Shown: positions 30,021 through 39,488, numbered from the stretch's first letter. The stretch: DNA of 64,000 nt from a bacterium (GCA_021836035.1 JAKBJL010000003.1:68135-132134), one strand, 5' to 3'. Notes: generated from the sequence alone by a model not told the origin. A program made the numbers and translations.

Positions 30021-31430
30021 ATGTATTACCGTACGTACCGACCTCAGAAAATTTCCGATTTGGATAACGAAAAGATTCGGGAAACGCTGGGTAAAGCCCT
30101 GCTTTCCGGCAGTTTCACCCACGCCTACCTTCTGACCGGCCCTCGGGGAGTCGGTAAGACTACGGTAGCCCGCCTGATAGCCAAGACCGTTAATTGCCAG
30201 CGCCGCAAACAGGGCGAGGAACCGTGTAATAAATGCGAATCCTGCCTGTCTATTACTGAGGGGCGCAGCTTGGACGTACTTGAGATTGACGCGGCCAGCA
30301 ATACCAGCGTAGACGATATCCGGGATTTACGGGAAAAAGCAAAGCTAGCCCCGACCAATTCTCCTTATAAAGTTTACATTATTGACGAAGTGCATATGCT
30401 TTCTAATAGCGCTTTTAATGCCTTGCTGAAAATTTTAGAGGAACCGCCGCGGCATGTGATTTTTGTACTGGCGACAACCGATCCGCAGAAACTTCCGGAG
30501 ACGGTGATTTCCCGCTGCCAGCGCTATGATTTCGGGAGGGCGACGGTAGAGGAAATTGCCCATGCGGTCAAACGAGCGGCCAGGGGGGAAGATCTGGATG
30601 TGGAAAACGAGGTAATTAAGGAGATTGCCAGTTTAGCTGACGGATCGCTTCGGGACGGACATAAAATTTTGGAGCAGCTGGCATCTCAAAACAAAAAAAT
30701 TACTTTAAACTCAGCGTTGGCACTGAAATCGGTGGCGAGCGAACGGGAGTTGGTTGCCTTTTTACGTTTCTTGGAACAAAAGGATGCAGGTAAAGCGTTG
30801 GATTGGCTGGCGGCTTTTTCCCAGGCCGGCGGCAGAATGAAAGCATTAGTTGAAGGTTCCGTGCAGTTGCTGCGTCGGGAATTGTTAAGCCGGTTTAGTG
30901 GGGAAACGAAAAAACCGGAATTTTCCTTTACTCCGCCGGAAATAGCAGGGCTGCTTTCCGCGCTGGAGAAAGCCAATCTGGAACTGCGTGACACGATAGT
31001 ACCGACCTTACCGATCGAGCTGTTAATAGTTGAATGGTGTGGTAGGGAAATTGGCGATGGGCAATTAGCAGCGAGCAATACGCAAGGGGAAGAGGAAAAA
31101 AACGCGAAGATTACGGTAGTGGAATCGGAAGAGAAAAAAGCAGCCGCTGTCGATAAAGGCGGTTTGCCTGTGGTATCCGTTCTATCCGAAGACCAATGGA
31201 AGGAATTATTGGTAAAATTGAAGCCCGTGAATCACAGTTTGGTCGCCTTTATGAGAGCGGGCCATCCGGCGGGGAATTTTGGCTCCAGCGGCTTAGTCAT
31301 AGAAGTAGCTTATAAATTCCATTTGGAAAAACTTTCGGAGGAAAAAAATCGCCGGGCAGTTGAGGAAGCAGTTTCTGCTATAATTGGTCAGCCTATGAAG
31401 GTGAAATTTATCCTGGCAACCAAAAAGTGA
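30021..31430 (+). CDS. dnaX: DNA polymerase III subunit gamma/tau
   Basis: YRTYRP, GPRGVGKTT, C4 zinc site, EIDAASN, IIDEVHMLS, LEEPP, SRC. Confidence 0.96.
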   Translation: MYYRTYRPQKISDLDNEKIRETLGKALLSGSFTHAYLLTGPRGVGKTTVARLIAKTVNCQRRKQGEEPCNKCESCLSITEGRSLDVLEIDAASNTSVDDIRDLREKAKLAPTNSPYKVYIIDEVHMLSNSAFNALLKILEEPPRHVIFVLATTDPQKLPETVISRCQRYDFGRATVEEIAHAVKRAARGEDLDVENEVIKEIASLADGSLRDGHKILEQLASQNKKITLNSALALKSVASERELVAFLRFLEQKDAGKALDWLAAFSQAGGRMKALVEGSVQLLRRELLSRFSGETKKPEFSFTPPEIAGLLSALEKANLELRDTIVPTLPIELLIVEWCGREIGDGQLAASNTQGEEEKNAKITVVESEEKKAAAVDKGGLPVVSVLSEDQWKELLVKLKPVNHSLVAFMRAGHPAGNFGSSGLVIEVAYKFHLEKLSEEKNRRAVEEAVSAIIGQPMKVKFILATKK

Positions 31431-31431
31431 G

Positions 31432-31722
31432 GTGAACCTTATGGGAATGTTTGATGGACTTAAACAATTAGGAGATATAAACCAAATGCGCCAGCAGGCG
31501 CAGGCGATCCAAAAACAACTGGCAGCGGAGCGGGTAGAGGTAATAAAGCAGACGGCTAAGGGTCTATTAAGAATCGTCCTTTCCGGCGATCAAAAAGTAC
31601 AGGAGGTTTCCTGGGACGGGGTACGCGACGCGGAGTTAGAAGCGACCCTAAGCGATGCCCTTTACAAATCCCAAATGGTAGCTGCCGGCAAACTACAGCA
31701 GCTTACCGAAGGGCATACTTAA
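31432..31722 (+). CDS. ybaB: YbaB/EbfC nucleoid-associated protein
   Basis: QMRQQAQAIQKQLAAERVE, LSGDQKV; dnaX-ybaB-recR synteny. Confidence 0.85.
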   Translation: MNLMGMFDGLKQLGDINQMRQQAQAIQKQLAAERVEVIKQTAKGLLRIVLSGDQKVQEVSWDGVRDAELEATLSDALYKSQMVAAGKLQQLTEGHT

Positions 31723-32099
31723 AAGAAATATAAAGAAGGAATCAACAAATAATCCCGTAAGTGATAGACGGAAGCAAATAGGTGTAGTTTCTTTATGGCT
31801 TTTACCTCTCTTTGGCAGGTTCGCTCCTGTGTAACGCCAAATAAATATCCTATCTGCTTGCACTTAATAAAGGATAGCGATGCCTCTTTAAAACATAGTT
31901 CTGCGAGATTATCAGCCGTAGTTTTATCCAGAGAAATAAATTTTTCGGGTTCGATAATAGGCTCTTCCTCCTGGTGATAATTTTGTCTGAGGGGTAATGT
32001 TCCCGGATATTTTTCACCGTCAAAAATGAGCGATCTTTAGCCGGGATGATCTGGATTTTCGGACAGTATGTTCCATACCGGCTTGTCCGCCGTGACCAT
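31719..32099 (-). pseudogene. degenerate sigma70 region 3.2/4-like protein
   Basis: Manual translation: MVTADKPVWNILSENPDHPG*RS...FISLDK...IGYLFGVTQERTCQREVKAIKKLH...LRDYL, resembling RpoD region 4.2 (VG..FGVTRERIRQIEAKALRKL). Confidence 0.6.
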
Positions 32100-32246
32100 T
32101 GTTTTTGAAAGAGACAGGTTTGGCGTAAAGCTTTTCTTTAGCAGCGATTTGCGCCGAGAGATTTTAACATTCCCACAACACTTTTAGCCAGGAGTGTCTT
32201 GAGAGGGAAGCGGTTTGGTTTTTCTGCTAAAATAAGGCTAAAAGTT

Positions 32247-32858
32247 ATGACTTTTCCGAAACAAATCCGTAATTTAATTGAGGCATTTGAAAGGTTACCC
32301 GGGGTAGGCGGCAAAACTGCCGCCCGGTTGACCTTCTATCTGCTCCACGTTCCGGATGAAGAAATTAATAGACTTGGTAATGCAGTCTTAAATCTTAAAA
32401 AAGATATATATTATTGTTCAATATGTAAAAATATTAGCGATAAGGAGGTATGCGAAATTTGTAGTGATCCTGCGAGGGATAAGGGTCTAATATGCATCGT
32501 AGAAAGCCCTTTGGATGTTTTTAGTTTGGAAGCCACCGGGAAATACAAAGGCTTATACCATGTATTGCACGGCGTCATTGACCCGCTGCATAATATGGGT
32601 CCAGAAGAACTCTATATTGACAGTTTAATGGAGCACATAGCGGATAGCGGAAAGCGAATAGAAGAAATAATACTGGCATTAAATCCGACAATGGAAGGGG
32701 AAGCGACAGCAATGTACCTTAAAAACAAAATTCGAAATTCGAATTTCGAAATTCGAATTTCGCGACTGGGGATGGGAATGCCGACCGGAGGAGATATCCA
32801 ATACGCGGACGAAACTACCCTACAGCAAGCCCTAGCGGGGAGAAGGGACTATGAATAA
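32247..32858 (+). CDS. recR: recombination mediator RecR
   Basis: LPGVGGKTAARL, C4 zinc finger, YHVLHG, NPTMEGEATA, ALAGRR. Confidence 0.96.
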   Translation: MTFPKQIRNLIEAFERLPGVGGKTAARLTFYLLHVPDEEINRLGNAVLNLKKDIYYCSICKNISDKEVCEICSDPARDKGLICIVESPLDVFSLEATGKYKGLYHVLHGVIDPLHNMGPEELYIDSLMEHIADSGKRIEEIILALNPTMEGEATAMYLKNKIRNSNFEIRISRLGMGMPTGGDIQYADETTLQQALAGRRDYE

Positions 32859-33159
32859 ATCAATAAAACTAGTAAAAGTAGTGACGGAAGCATTGAAAAT
32901 GGTGATTGACCCGGAGCTGGGAGTGAATATTGTCGATTTGGGATTGATTTACGGCGTTAAAGTACAGAAAGGAACGGCTATTATAACCATGACCTTAACC
33001 ACACCCGGCTGCCCTCTGGTTGCCCTATTTGAAACCATGGTTAAAGAGGCCCTGAAAAACATTCCCGGTATTAAAGGGGTTCGGGTAATCGTTACCTTTA
33101 ATCCTCCTTGGGATCTTTCTAAAGCTAAACCTGAGGTCCGGGCGGCTATCGGTTTATAA
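32851..33159 (+). CDS. DUF59/SufT metal-sulfur cluster assembly factor
   Basis: VIDPELGVNIVDLGLIY, MTLTTPGCP, FNPPW. Confidence 0.93.
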   Translation: MNKSIKLVKVVTEALKMVIDPELGVNIVDLGLIYGVKVQKGTAIITMTLTTPGCPLVALFETMVKEALKNIPGIKGVRVIVTFNPPWDLSKAKPEVRAAIGL

Positions 33160-33204
33160 CCCACGCGGTTGTTTTAGAGTTTGCCCGGCGGTAAAATAGA
33201 GCAT

Positions 33205-34167
33205 ATGAGCGGGATAATCAAGCCTAAGGCACTCCAGCCGGGGGATACGGTAGCCCTAGTTGCTCCCTCGGAACCGATTGACCGTGTCCAGCTTTCCAGG
33301 GTGGAGGCTTACATGACGCGTTCTGGTTATAATGTCAAGGCTGGCAATAATGTTCTAGCGAAAATCGGGGATTATGCGGCTGGTACGGTTCGGCAGCGCG
33401 CGGAAGACCTGAATAACGCTTTTGCAGATCCGGAAGTCAAAGCGGTTTTTACTTTGGTAGGAGGGATGGTAGCTTCCCAGATTCTGGAATCGGTCGATTT
33501 TGAGCTGATTAAAAAAAATCCCAAAATATTTGTCGGTTATTCCGATGCGACGACCCTGCAGATGGCCATTCTGGCAAAAATCGGCATGTTAACCTTTCAC
33601 GGTCCTAACGCTCTTAGTTTGCCGGATTTCAAAGTCAGTGGTTATACGCTTACTAATCTCTGGCGGGTTTTAACTGCAACTTCGGCTGTCGGCACCATTA
33701 AACCGCAGTCAGTTTGGCAGGAGGTCAGGCAAGGATCGGCCGAGGGGATTTTATTCGGGGGTAATTTGAGCTGTCTTTCTAAACTTTTGGGAACCGCTTT
33801 TGATCCGATTGCCAAGCTGGATAATATTTTCGGCAAAGAGGAAAAATTTATTCTTTTTTGGGAGGAAGATTACGAGCAGTTCAGCGAAATTATGCGGATG
33901 CTCTGGCAAATCCGCAACAGCGGATTTTTTGCGAGAGTTTCCGGAATGGTGGTGGGGAAACTGACCGCAGTGGCGGAAGTAGACTACCAGGATTTTCCTC
34001 CGAAAAAGCAATTGATCCGGGAGGTAACCGAGCCGTTCAATTTTCCGATTCTTTACGGAGTGGATTTTGGCCACGATGTGCCTAAAGCAACTATTCCCGT
34101 CGGGCTCAGAACGGCGATGGACACGAAAAAATTTACCCTAGAGATTTTGGAAGCGGCAGTGGTGTAA
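33205..34167 (+). CDS. LD-carboxypeptidase (peptidase S66)
   Basis: GDTVALVAPS, RAEDL, FVGYSDAT, GGNLS, FGH. Confidence 0.92.
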   Translation: MSGIIKPKALQPGDTVALVAPSEPIDRVQLSRVEAYMTRSGYNVKAGNNVLAKIGDYAAGTVRQRAEDLNNAFADPEVKAVFTLVGGMVASQILESVDFELIKKNPKIFVGYSDATTLQMAILAKIGMLTFHGPNALSLPDFKVSGYTLTNLWRVLTATSAVGTIKPQSVWQEVRQGSAEGILFGGNLSCLSKLLGTAFDPIAKLDNIFGKEEKFILFWEEDYEQFSEIMRMLWQIRNSGFFARVSGMVVGKLTAVAEVDYQDFPPKKQLIREVTEPFNFPILYGVDFGHDVPKATIPVGLRTAMDTKKFTLEILEAAVV

Positions 34168-34176
34168 GATAAATAT

Positions 34177-34206
34177 ATCCGCCAAAGGCGGATCAGCCTT
34201 GGGCTG
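34177..34206. repeat. REP-like double palindrome
   Basis: ATCCGCC-AAA-GGCGGAT followed by CAGCC-TTG-GGCTG. Confidence 0.7.
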
Positions 34207-34241
34207 AAAATATAAAATATTCGAGATAAGATTTAAGAAAG

Positions 34242-34703
34242 ATGGCTAACGTTACCAGCGACGTTTTTGAACAGATCGGTGGGATTGCCGGCGGGACAGC
34301 AAAGCAAATTACCCAATTACCGGAAGAAATTTTAAATAAAGCCGGACAGCAGGTCAAAGGACCGCCAACAACCACATCAGAACAAGAGGGAACGGATGAG
34401 GAAAGCCAAAGCCGGGGACAGGTAGGTAAACAGAAGTTCGTTCAGCAGTTCCGGGCGAGGGCGAAAAATTTGCAATTGCAGGACAGGAGACTGGCGGAAA
34501 AGCGAATTAGTGAAATCCGCGCGGCCATTGCTTCCGGGAACAAGCAGATTATTCACATGGAAACCGCTAAAGCAGGTAAATCAGCTACGTCTCCGGTGAC
34601 CGGCCCGCAAATACCCCCGACGCCGAAACTGCCGCCGATTGTCAGCCAAAATATTGCTATCAAGCAAGGGAGCAAGGAAATTAAAGGCATGGTGATCGGG
34701 TAA
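34242..34703 (+). CDS. hypothetical protein
   Basis: 153-aa ORF, Q/K-rich with a Pro-rich C-terminus. Confidence 0.7.
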   Translation: MANVTSDVFEQIGGIAGGTAKQITQLPEEILNKAGQQVKGPPTTTSEQEGTDEESQSRGQVGKQKFVQQFRARAKNLQLQDRRLAEKRISEIRAAIASGNKQIIHMETAKAGKSATSPVTGPQIPPTPKLPPIVSQNIAIKQGSKEIKGMVIG

Positions 34704-34712
34704 TTACCCCTG

Positions 34713-34874
34713 TTTTAATTTAAGGGTCTGGCAACCCGCAGCCCCAATACAATATTTCGCCCAAGCGCCCGATTTATTTCTTGTATCTTGGTAATTTAAT
34801 TCTGGTCTAGCGAAAGAAGAGGGGCTCATACGTATTTGGGGCTCCCCGCGGTTTACCACCATTTTAAAATTATG
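34713..34874 (-). ncRNA. candidate structured RNA / dispersed hairpin element, copy B
   Basis: Homologous to 2799-2974. Minus-strand stems GGUAAACCGC/GCGGGUUGCC, AGCCCCAA/UUGGGGCU and GCCC/GGGC; CATAAT at the 5' edge on the minus strand. Confidence 0.6.
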
Positions 34875-34904
34875 GTAACAGGGTGACAATGGTATACTTC
34901 ATTG

Positions 34905-36266
34905 ATGGACCAATTGCGTTTTTATAGCACCCTTTCTAAAAAGATCGAAGCATTTAAGCCTATAAAGGACAAAAAAGTAAATCTTTTCGTCTGCGGACCG
35001 ACGGTTTACGATTTTGCTCACATTGGCAACGCGAAGACTTATACCCAATTTGATTTTATGGTCCGCTACCTGCGCTTTCGCGGTTATGAGGTTTTTTACC
35101 TTCAGAATATTACCGATATTGACGACAAAATTATTAAACGCGCGGCGGAGCGGGGGGTGGGATGGAAAAAGTTAGCCGGGGAATTTGAACAAAAGTACCT
35201 GGAGGATATGCAGGCGCTTCATAACACTGCGGTAAATCAGTATGCCCGGGCCACGGATTATATTCCCCAAATAACGAAACAAGTAAAAGTTTTGCTGGGC
35301 AAGGGTTACGCTTATAAAACCAGCGACGGAATTTATTTTGATATCGGAAAATTTCCCGATTATGGCAAGCTTTCGGGGCGCACGGAGGGGTCCCGTGACG
35401 ACGCTGTTTCCCGGATTGACGAAAGCCGGGATAAAAAAAATAAAAATGATTTTGCTCTCTGGAAATTTTCTAAGCCGGGCGAGCCAGTCTGGGAAACGGA
35501 GCTGGGAGCCGGTCGGCCGGGTTGGCATATTGAGGATACGGCGATCACGGAATCTTTTTTTGGCCCCCAATATGATGTTCACGGCGGGGCGGTGGATCTG
35601 ATCTTTCCCCACCACGAAGCCGAGATTGCCCAAATGGAAGCGGCGTCAGGGCTTTCGCCACTAGTTCGTTATTGGATTCACGTAGCTTTTTTAAATATCA
35701 ATGCGGAAAAGATGTCCAAGAGTAAGGGGAATTTTTTAACTGCCCGGGAAGCAACAGAGAAATACGGTTATCGCCTGCTGCGCTACTTTTTTATCAGCCA
35801 GCATTATCGAACGACCCTGGATTTTAGCGAACAAAACTTAGCCCAGGCTAAAGGAGCGCTAACCAGGCTGGATGAGTTTGTGTTGGACCTGGATACAAGA
35901 TATGAGGATAATAAAAACCAGGAAGATACAAAAAAACTAAAAGTCGAGATTGTGGCCAAACTGGACAACGATTGGGATACCCCCGGGGCAATAGCTTCCA
36001 TATTTAATTTTATCCGGCAGCAACATACCCGTGGCAAATCGGGAAAAAATGTTTATCGATTGTTCCAGGAGTTAAATCAGATGTTTGATTTCCTGGATTT
36101 CGGGGTGCCGAAAATTGCTGACGGGGTGCAAAAATTGGTAGACTCGCGGGAGCAATTGCGGAAGGAAAAGAAATTTACCGAAGCAGATGATTTGCGAAAA
36201 AAGATTGCCGAAATGGGTTATGAGATTAAGGATACCGCGGAAGGGGTAAAAGTAAATAAAATTTAG
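34905..36266 (+). CDS. cysS: cysteine--tRNA ligase
   Basis: VCGPTVYD..HIGN, NITDIDDKII, DFALWK, GRPGWHIE, KMSKS. Confidence 0.97.
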   Translation: MDQLRFYSTLSKKIEAFKPIKDKKVNLFVCGPTVYDFAHIGNAKTYTQFDFMVRYLRFRGYEVFYLQNITDIDDKIIKRAAERGVGWKKLAGEFEQKYLEDMQALHNTAVNQYARATDYIPQITKQVKVLLGKGYAYKTSDGIYFDIGKFPDYGKLSGRTEGSRDDAVSRIDESRDKKNKNDFALWKFSKPGEPVWETELGAGRPGWHIEDTAITESFFGPQYDVHGGAVDLIFPHHEAEIAQMEAASGLSPLVRYWIHVAFLNINAEKMSKSKGNFLTAREATEKYGYRLLRYFFISQHYRTTLDFSEQNLAQAKGALTRLDEFVLDLDTRYEDNKNQEDTKKLKVEIVAKLDNDWDTPGAIASIFNFIRQQHTRGKSGKNVYRLFQELNQMFDFLDFGVPKIADGVQKLVDSREQLRKEKKFTEADDLRKKIAEMGYEIKDTAEGVKVNKI

Positions 36267-36307
36267 GTTCCTCGTAAATTTGAGCAATTTTTGGTAAGCT
36301 GGTTATA

Positions 36308-36685
36308 ATGCTTTGCCCAAAATGCCGGGCGGAAAACCCGGAACCAAGTACTAAGTGCCTTGCTTGCGGAGCATATTTAACTGCGGGATACACATCGGCT
36401 GTTGCCCTAAACCCTAAACCTAACAAACCTAACCCCCTCTGGCCGACGACAGTCAGCTTCCTTCTCGGCGGACCCATTACGGCGGTGATGGCTTATTTTG
36501 TCTGGAAAACTTCCTGGAGCAAAGCACATAAATTATTGTTTATTGTCGGATTATCCGTATTAATAAATGTCCTTCTTTTAGCTCTTATCGGCTGGTTGGC
36601 AGGATCGTTTTTGGGCAACGCGGACAGTGCCGGAAGTTTAACCGGGGTAACTGATATCATAAATATGTATAAGTTTTCCCCATGA
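36308..36685 (+). CDS. zinc-ribbon membrane protein
   Basis: CPKC...CLACG followed by two TM helices. Confidence 0.75.
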   Translation: MLCPKCRAENPEPSTKCLACGAYLTAGYTSAVALNPKPNKPNPLWPTTVSFLLGGPITAVMAYFVWKTSWSKAHKLLFIVGLSVLINVLLLALIGWLAGSFLGNADSAGSLTGVTDIINMYKFSP

Positions 36686-37329
36686 GAATTATTTATCTTG
36701 TTGTCGGTCTTTTGGTTTTAGCAAATCTGGCTTTTCTCAATTATGTTTATGTCGTGGATAAAAATACTGTCGTTGGGCTGGAAGCAAAATTAACAGAGGA
36801 TAGCAGAATTATTCAAGCTTTAAATAGCCGCCCGGGGGAGTCCGTGGGAATAACGGCACTTGCTACAGCAGCTGCAACCTGTCCGCAGTCCTGCATTTCA
36901 CTGATAAACCAGACGGATAAAACAGTAAAAACTACAACGGTTATTAATCAAACGACGGCAGGCGGGCAAAAGGGGGAATATATTATTCCGCTGGGCAGTG
37001 GTTCGATTACGGAGTTAAATACCTGGAAAGATATTAATACCGCCCAAGCCACGGTTAATCTTTCAAATTTCGGAAGAATTAAAGAAACCTATTTTGAGGC
37101 GGTAATGCATATTCCCAATCAGCAGGGAGAAGTCCGGCTGCGGCTTTATGATACCAGTACCCCCTATATTTACGCGGGAAATGTTTTACGGACAACTTCC
37201 CAGACGGGAGAACTGCAGTCGGTAAAAATTGGCCTGCAACCGGGTCAAAAGACCTATAAAGTCCAAATGTACACCACTATTTCCGCAGCTATTTTGGATA
37301 TGGCGAGGATTAGAATAGTAACTGAATAG
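36682..37329 (+). CDS. membrane-anchored hypothetical protein
   Basis: N-terminal TM, CPQSC, beta-rich C-terminus. Confidence 0.75.
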   Translation: MRIIYLVVGLLVLANLAFLNYVYVVDKNTVVGLEAKLTEDSRIIQALNSRPGESVGITALATAAATCPQSCISLINQTDKTVKTTTVINQTTAGGQKGEYIIPLGSGSITELNTWKDINTAQATVNLSNFGRIKETYFEAVMHIPNQQGEVRLRLYDTSTPYIYAGNVLRTTSQTGELQSVKIGLQPGQKTYKVQMYTTISAAILDMARIRIVTE

Positions 37330-37331
37330 AT

Positions 37332-38198
37332 ATGGAGATCAATGTAATTAAAGCTACGGGTGAGAAAGAACCGTTTGATGAAGAGAAGCTCCGTTCTTCA
37401 ATCGCCCGGGCGGGGATTCCTAAAGACCTTCGGGATGAAGTAGTAGCACATATTGAGGGTTTATTGCGCCCGGATATCCCAACAAGCGAAATTTATAATC
37501 ATATTCTGGAGTTTTTAGGCCGGTCCGCTCAGCCGCACAGCCGGGCGAAATACAGCCTTAAACAGGCAATTATGGCTTTGGGTCCGAGCGGTTATCCCTT
37601 TGAAAAGTTTGTCGCCGCGGTTCTTAGGCATTACGGCTATGAAACGGAAGTCGGGATAACTGTTCCCGGTAAGTGCGTTTCCCATGAAATCGATGTCCTG
37701 GCAAAAAAAGAAGGTAAAACGGCTATGGTCGAGTGTAAATTTCATAACCAGACAGGAACCCGCTCGGATATTAAAACCGCCCTCTATGTCCGGGCACGTT
37801 TTGAAGACCTGGCGCCGCAGTTTGACGAAGCGTGGCTGGTTACTAATACCAAATGTACCAGTGAGGCGATCGCTTACGGAGAATGCGCCGGCGTTAAAAT
37901 TATTGCCTGGGGATATCCGGAAGGGGAAAGCCTGGCTCACCTTGTGGAAAAATATTTTTTGTATCCGATAACCTGCCTTAGTTCTCTTTCCGGACACCAG
38001 AAAAGTGTGCTCTTGGAGAACAATGTTGTTCTTTGCCGGGACTTAGAGAGTAATCAGGCTGCTTTATCCCTTTTAGCCCTAGCGGAAGCTGAAAAAAGCG
38101 CTTTACAGGCAGAGCTAGGGAGAGTTTTAAAACCGGGAACGGAGAAAGCACCGGTGATAGCCGCAGTCGCGGAAGCAACAGCGGAAATCCACAATTGA
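37332..38198 (+). CDS. ATP-cone + Mrr-like PD-(D/E)xK endonuclease domain protein
   Basis: VIKATGEKEPFDEEKLRSSI (ATP cone); GYPFEKFV...HEIDV...VECKFH. Confidence 0.85.
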   Translation: MEINVIKATGEKEPFDEEKLRSSIARAGIPKDLRDEVVAHIEGLLRPDIPTSEIYNHILEFLGRSAQPHSRAKYSLKQAIMALGPSGYPFEKFVAAVLRHYGYETEVGITVPGKCVSHEIDVLAKKEGKTAMVECKFHNQTGTRSDIKTALYVRARFEDLAPQFDEAWLVTNTKCTSEAIAYGECAGVKIIAWGYPEGESLAHLVEKYFLYPITCLSSLSGHQKSVLLENNVVLCRDLESNQAALSLLALAEAEKSALQAELGRVLKPGTEKAPVIAAVAEATAEIHN

Positions 38199-38244
38199 AA
38201 TTATTGGCTATTCCGTTTAAGATGTAAAATAGCTTTGCAGTTTT

Positions 38245-39267
38245 ATGCCTAATTTTTGGCTGATTTTTACCACGGGCCTTATTACCGGAGGCCTTTCCTG
38301 CCTGGCGGTCCAGGGGGGACTTTTAGCAACGACAGTGGCCGAAAGGCAAGCGGTCGGGAACGCTAAGAAATCCGGAACCGTCGCCGTACTTCTTTTTTTG
38401 CTGGCAAAATTGGCCGCCTATACAGTATTAGGAGCGCTTTTGGGCTGGGCCGGATCATTTTTCCAATTATCCTTGGCGACCCGGGCATTATTGCAGGGAG
38501 CGGTTGCGGTTTTTATGGTCGGGACTGCTTTAGGGCTTTTGGATGTCCATCCGTTCTTTCGTTATTTTATTCTGCAGCCACCGCGCTTTTTAACCAAAAT
38601 GGTCCGTACCCGGGCGAAAAACGCGGATTTTTTTGCACCAGCGGTTTTAGGGTTGATGACCGTTTTTGTTCCCTGCGGAGTAACCCAGGCGATGATGGCA
38701 CTAGCTATCGGTTCCGGAAATCCCTTTTTCGGGGCTTTGATTATGTTTTCCTTTGTTCTTGGGACATCTCCCTTGTTTTTTATTTTCGGTTTCGTCGCCA
38801 CGGCCCTAAAAAACGTTTTTCAGGAGAAATTTCAGAAAATTGCCGCTTATGCGGTTATCGTGATCGCTCTTTGGAGCTTAAACGGAGCAGCAGCTTTGGC
38901 CGGGAGCGATTGGACGATCGAAAATCTCTGGGAAAAGCTTTACTGTACAGTTTCATATTGCGATGACTCCGCAGTTTTAACTGCTTATGCCAGAGCGGTT
39001 ACAGAAACTACCGTGAACATAAACTCCGACGGTTACCAGGTAGATAATCCCGTAATCCTTGCCGGGGCGGAAATTACTTTGCATATTAATAACAAAGAAG
39101 GCCGCGGCTGTATCGAATCTCTGACCATTCCCAAAGTGGGTATTTCCAAATCGGTTCCTATCGGGGAAACGGCGACGGTAAAATTTAAGGCGCCCAGTGA
39201 ACCGGGTGAGTTGCCTTTTATGTGCAGTATGGGTATGTATAGGGGAAAATTTATAGTTGCGAATTAA
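38245..39267 (+). CDS. DsbD_2/sulfite-exporter-like membrane protein with C-terminal cupredoxin domain
   Basis: SCLAVQGGLL, FVPCGVTQAM, FVLGTSP; FMCSMGMYRG. Confidence 0.85.
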   Translation: MPNFWLIFTTGLITGGLSCLAVQGGLLATTVAERQAVGNAKKSGTVAVLLFLLAKLAAYTVLGALLGWAGSFFQLSLATRALLQGAVAVFMVGTALGLLDVHPFFRYFILQPPRFLTKMVRTRAKNADFFAPAVLGLMTVFVPCGVTQAMMALAIGSGNPFFGALIMFSFVLGTSPLFFIFGFVATALKNVFQEKFQKIAAYAVIVIALWSLNGAAALAGSDWTIENLWEKLYCTVSYCDDSAVLTAYARAVTETTVNINSDGYQVDNPVILAGAEITLHINNKEGRGCIESLTIPKVGISKSVPIGETATVKFKAPSEPGELPFMCSMGMYRGKFIVAN

Positions 39268-39287
39268 CAAATTGCTAATTGTGAATT

Positions 39288-39488
39288 ATGAAAAAACAAA
39301 CTTTTGCGATTAAGGGGATGCACTGCCCCAGTTGCGCGATGTTGATTGAGGGAAAGTTGGAAGCTAGAGGGGTCAAAGCGGTATGTAGCTTTCCTAAACA
39401 GACGGTAGAAGTCGAATTTGATCCGGAGAAAGTCAGTGTCGCGGAAATTAAAAAAACCCTCGCAGATTCCGGTTACGAAACAATATGA
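39288..39488 (+). CDS. heavy-metal-associated (CopZ-like) chaperone
   Basis: IKGMHCPSCA. Confidence 0.9.
   Translation: MKKQTFAIKGMHCPSCAMLIEGKLEARGVKAVCSFPKQTVEVEFDPEKVSVAEIKKTLADSGYETI

Noticed and set aside
34704-34889. 61-aa minus-strand ORF (and the 92-aa ORF at 2835-3113) as a conserved peptide gene
   Set aside because: The two homologous copies are read in different frames across the conserved core and differ by indels; conservation follows base pairing rather than codons.
38245-39488. Copper-handling gene pair as a novel system
   Set aside because: A DsbD_2/cupredoxin protein with an HMA chaperone is a common arrangement.
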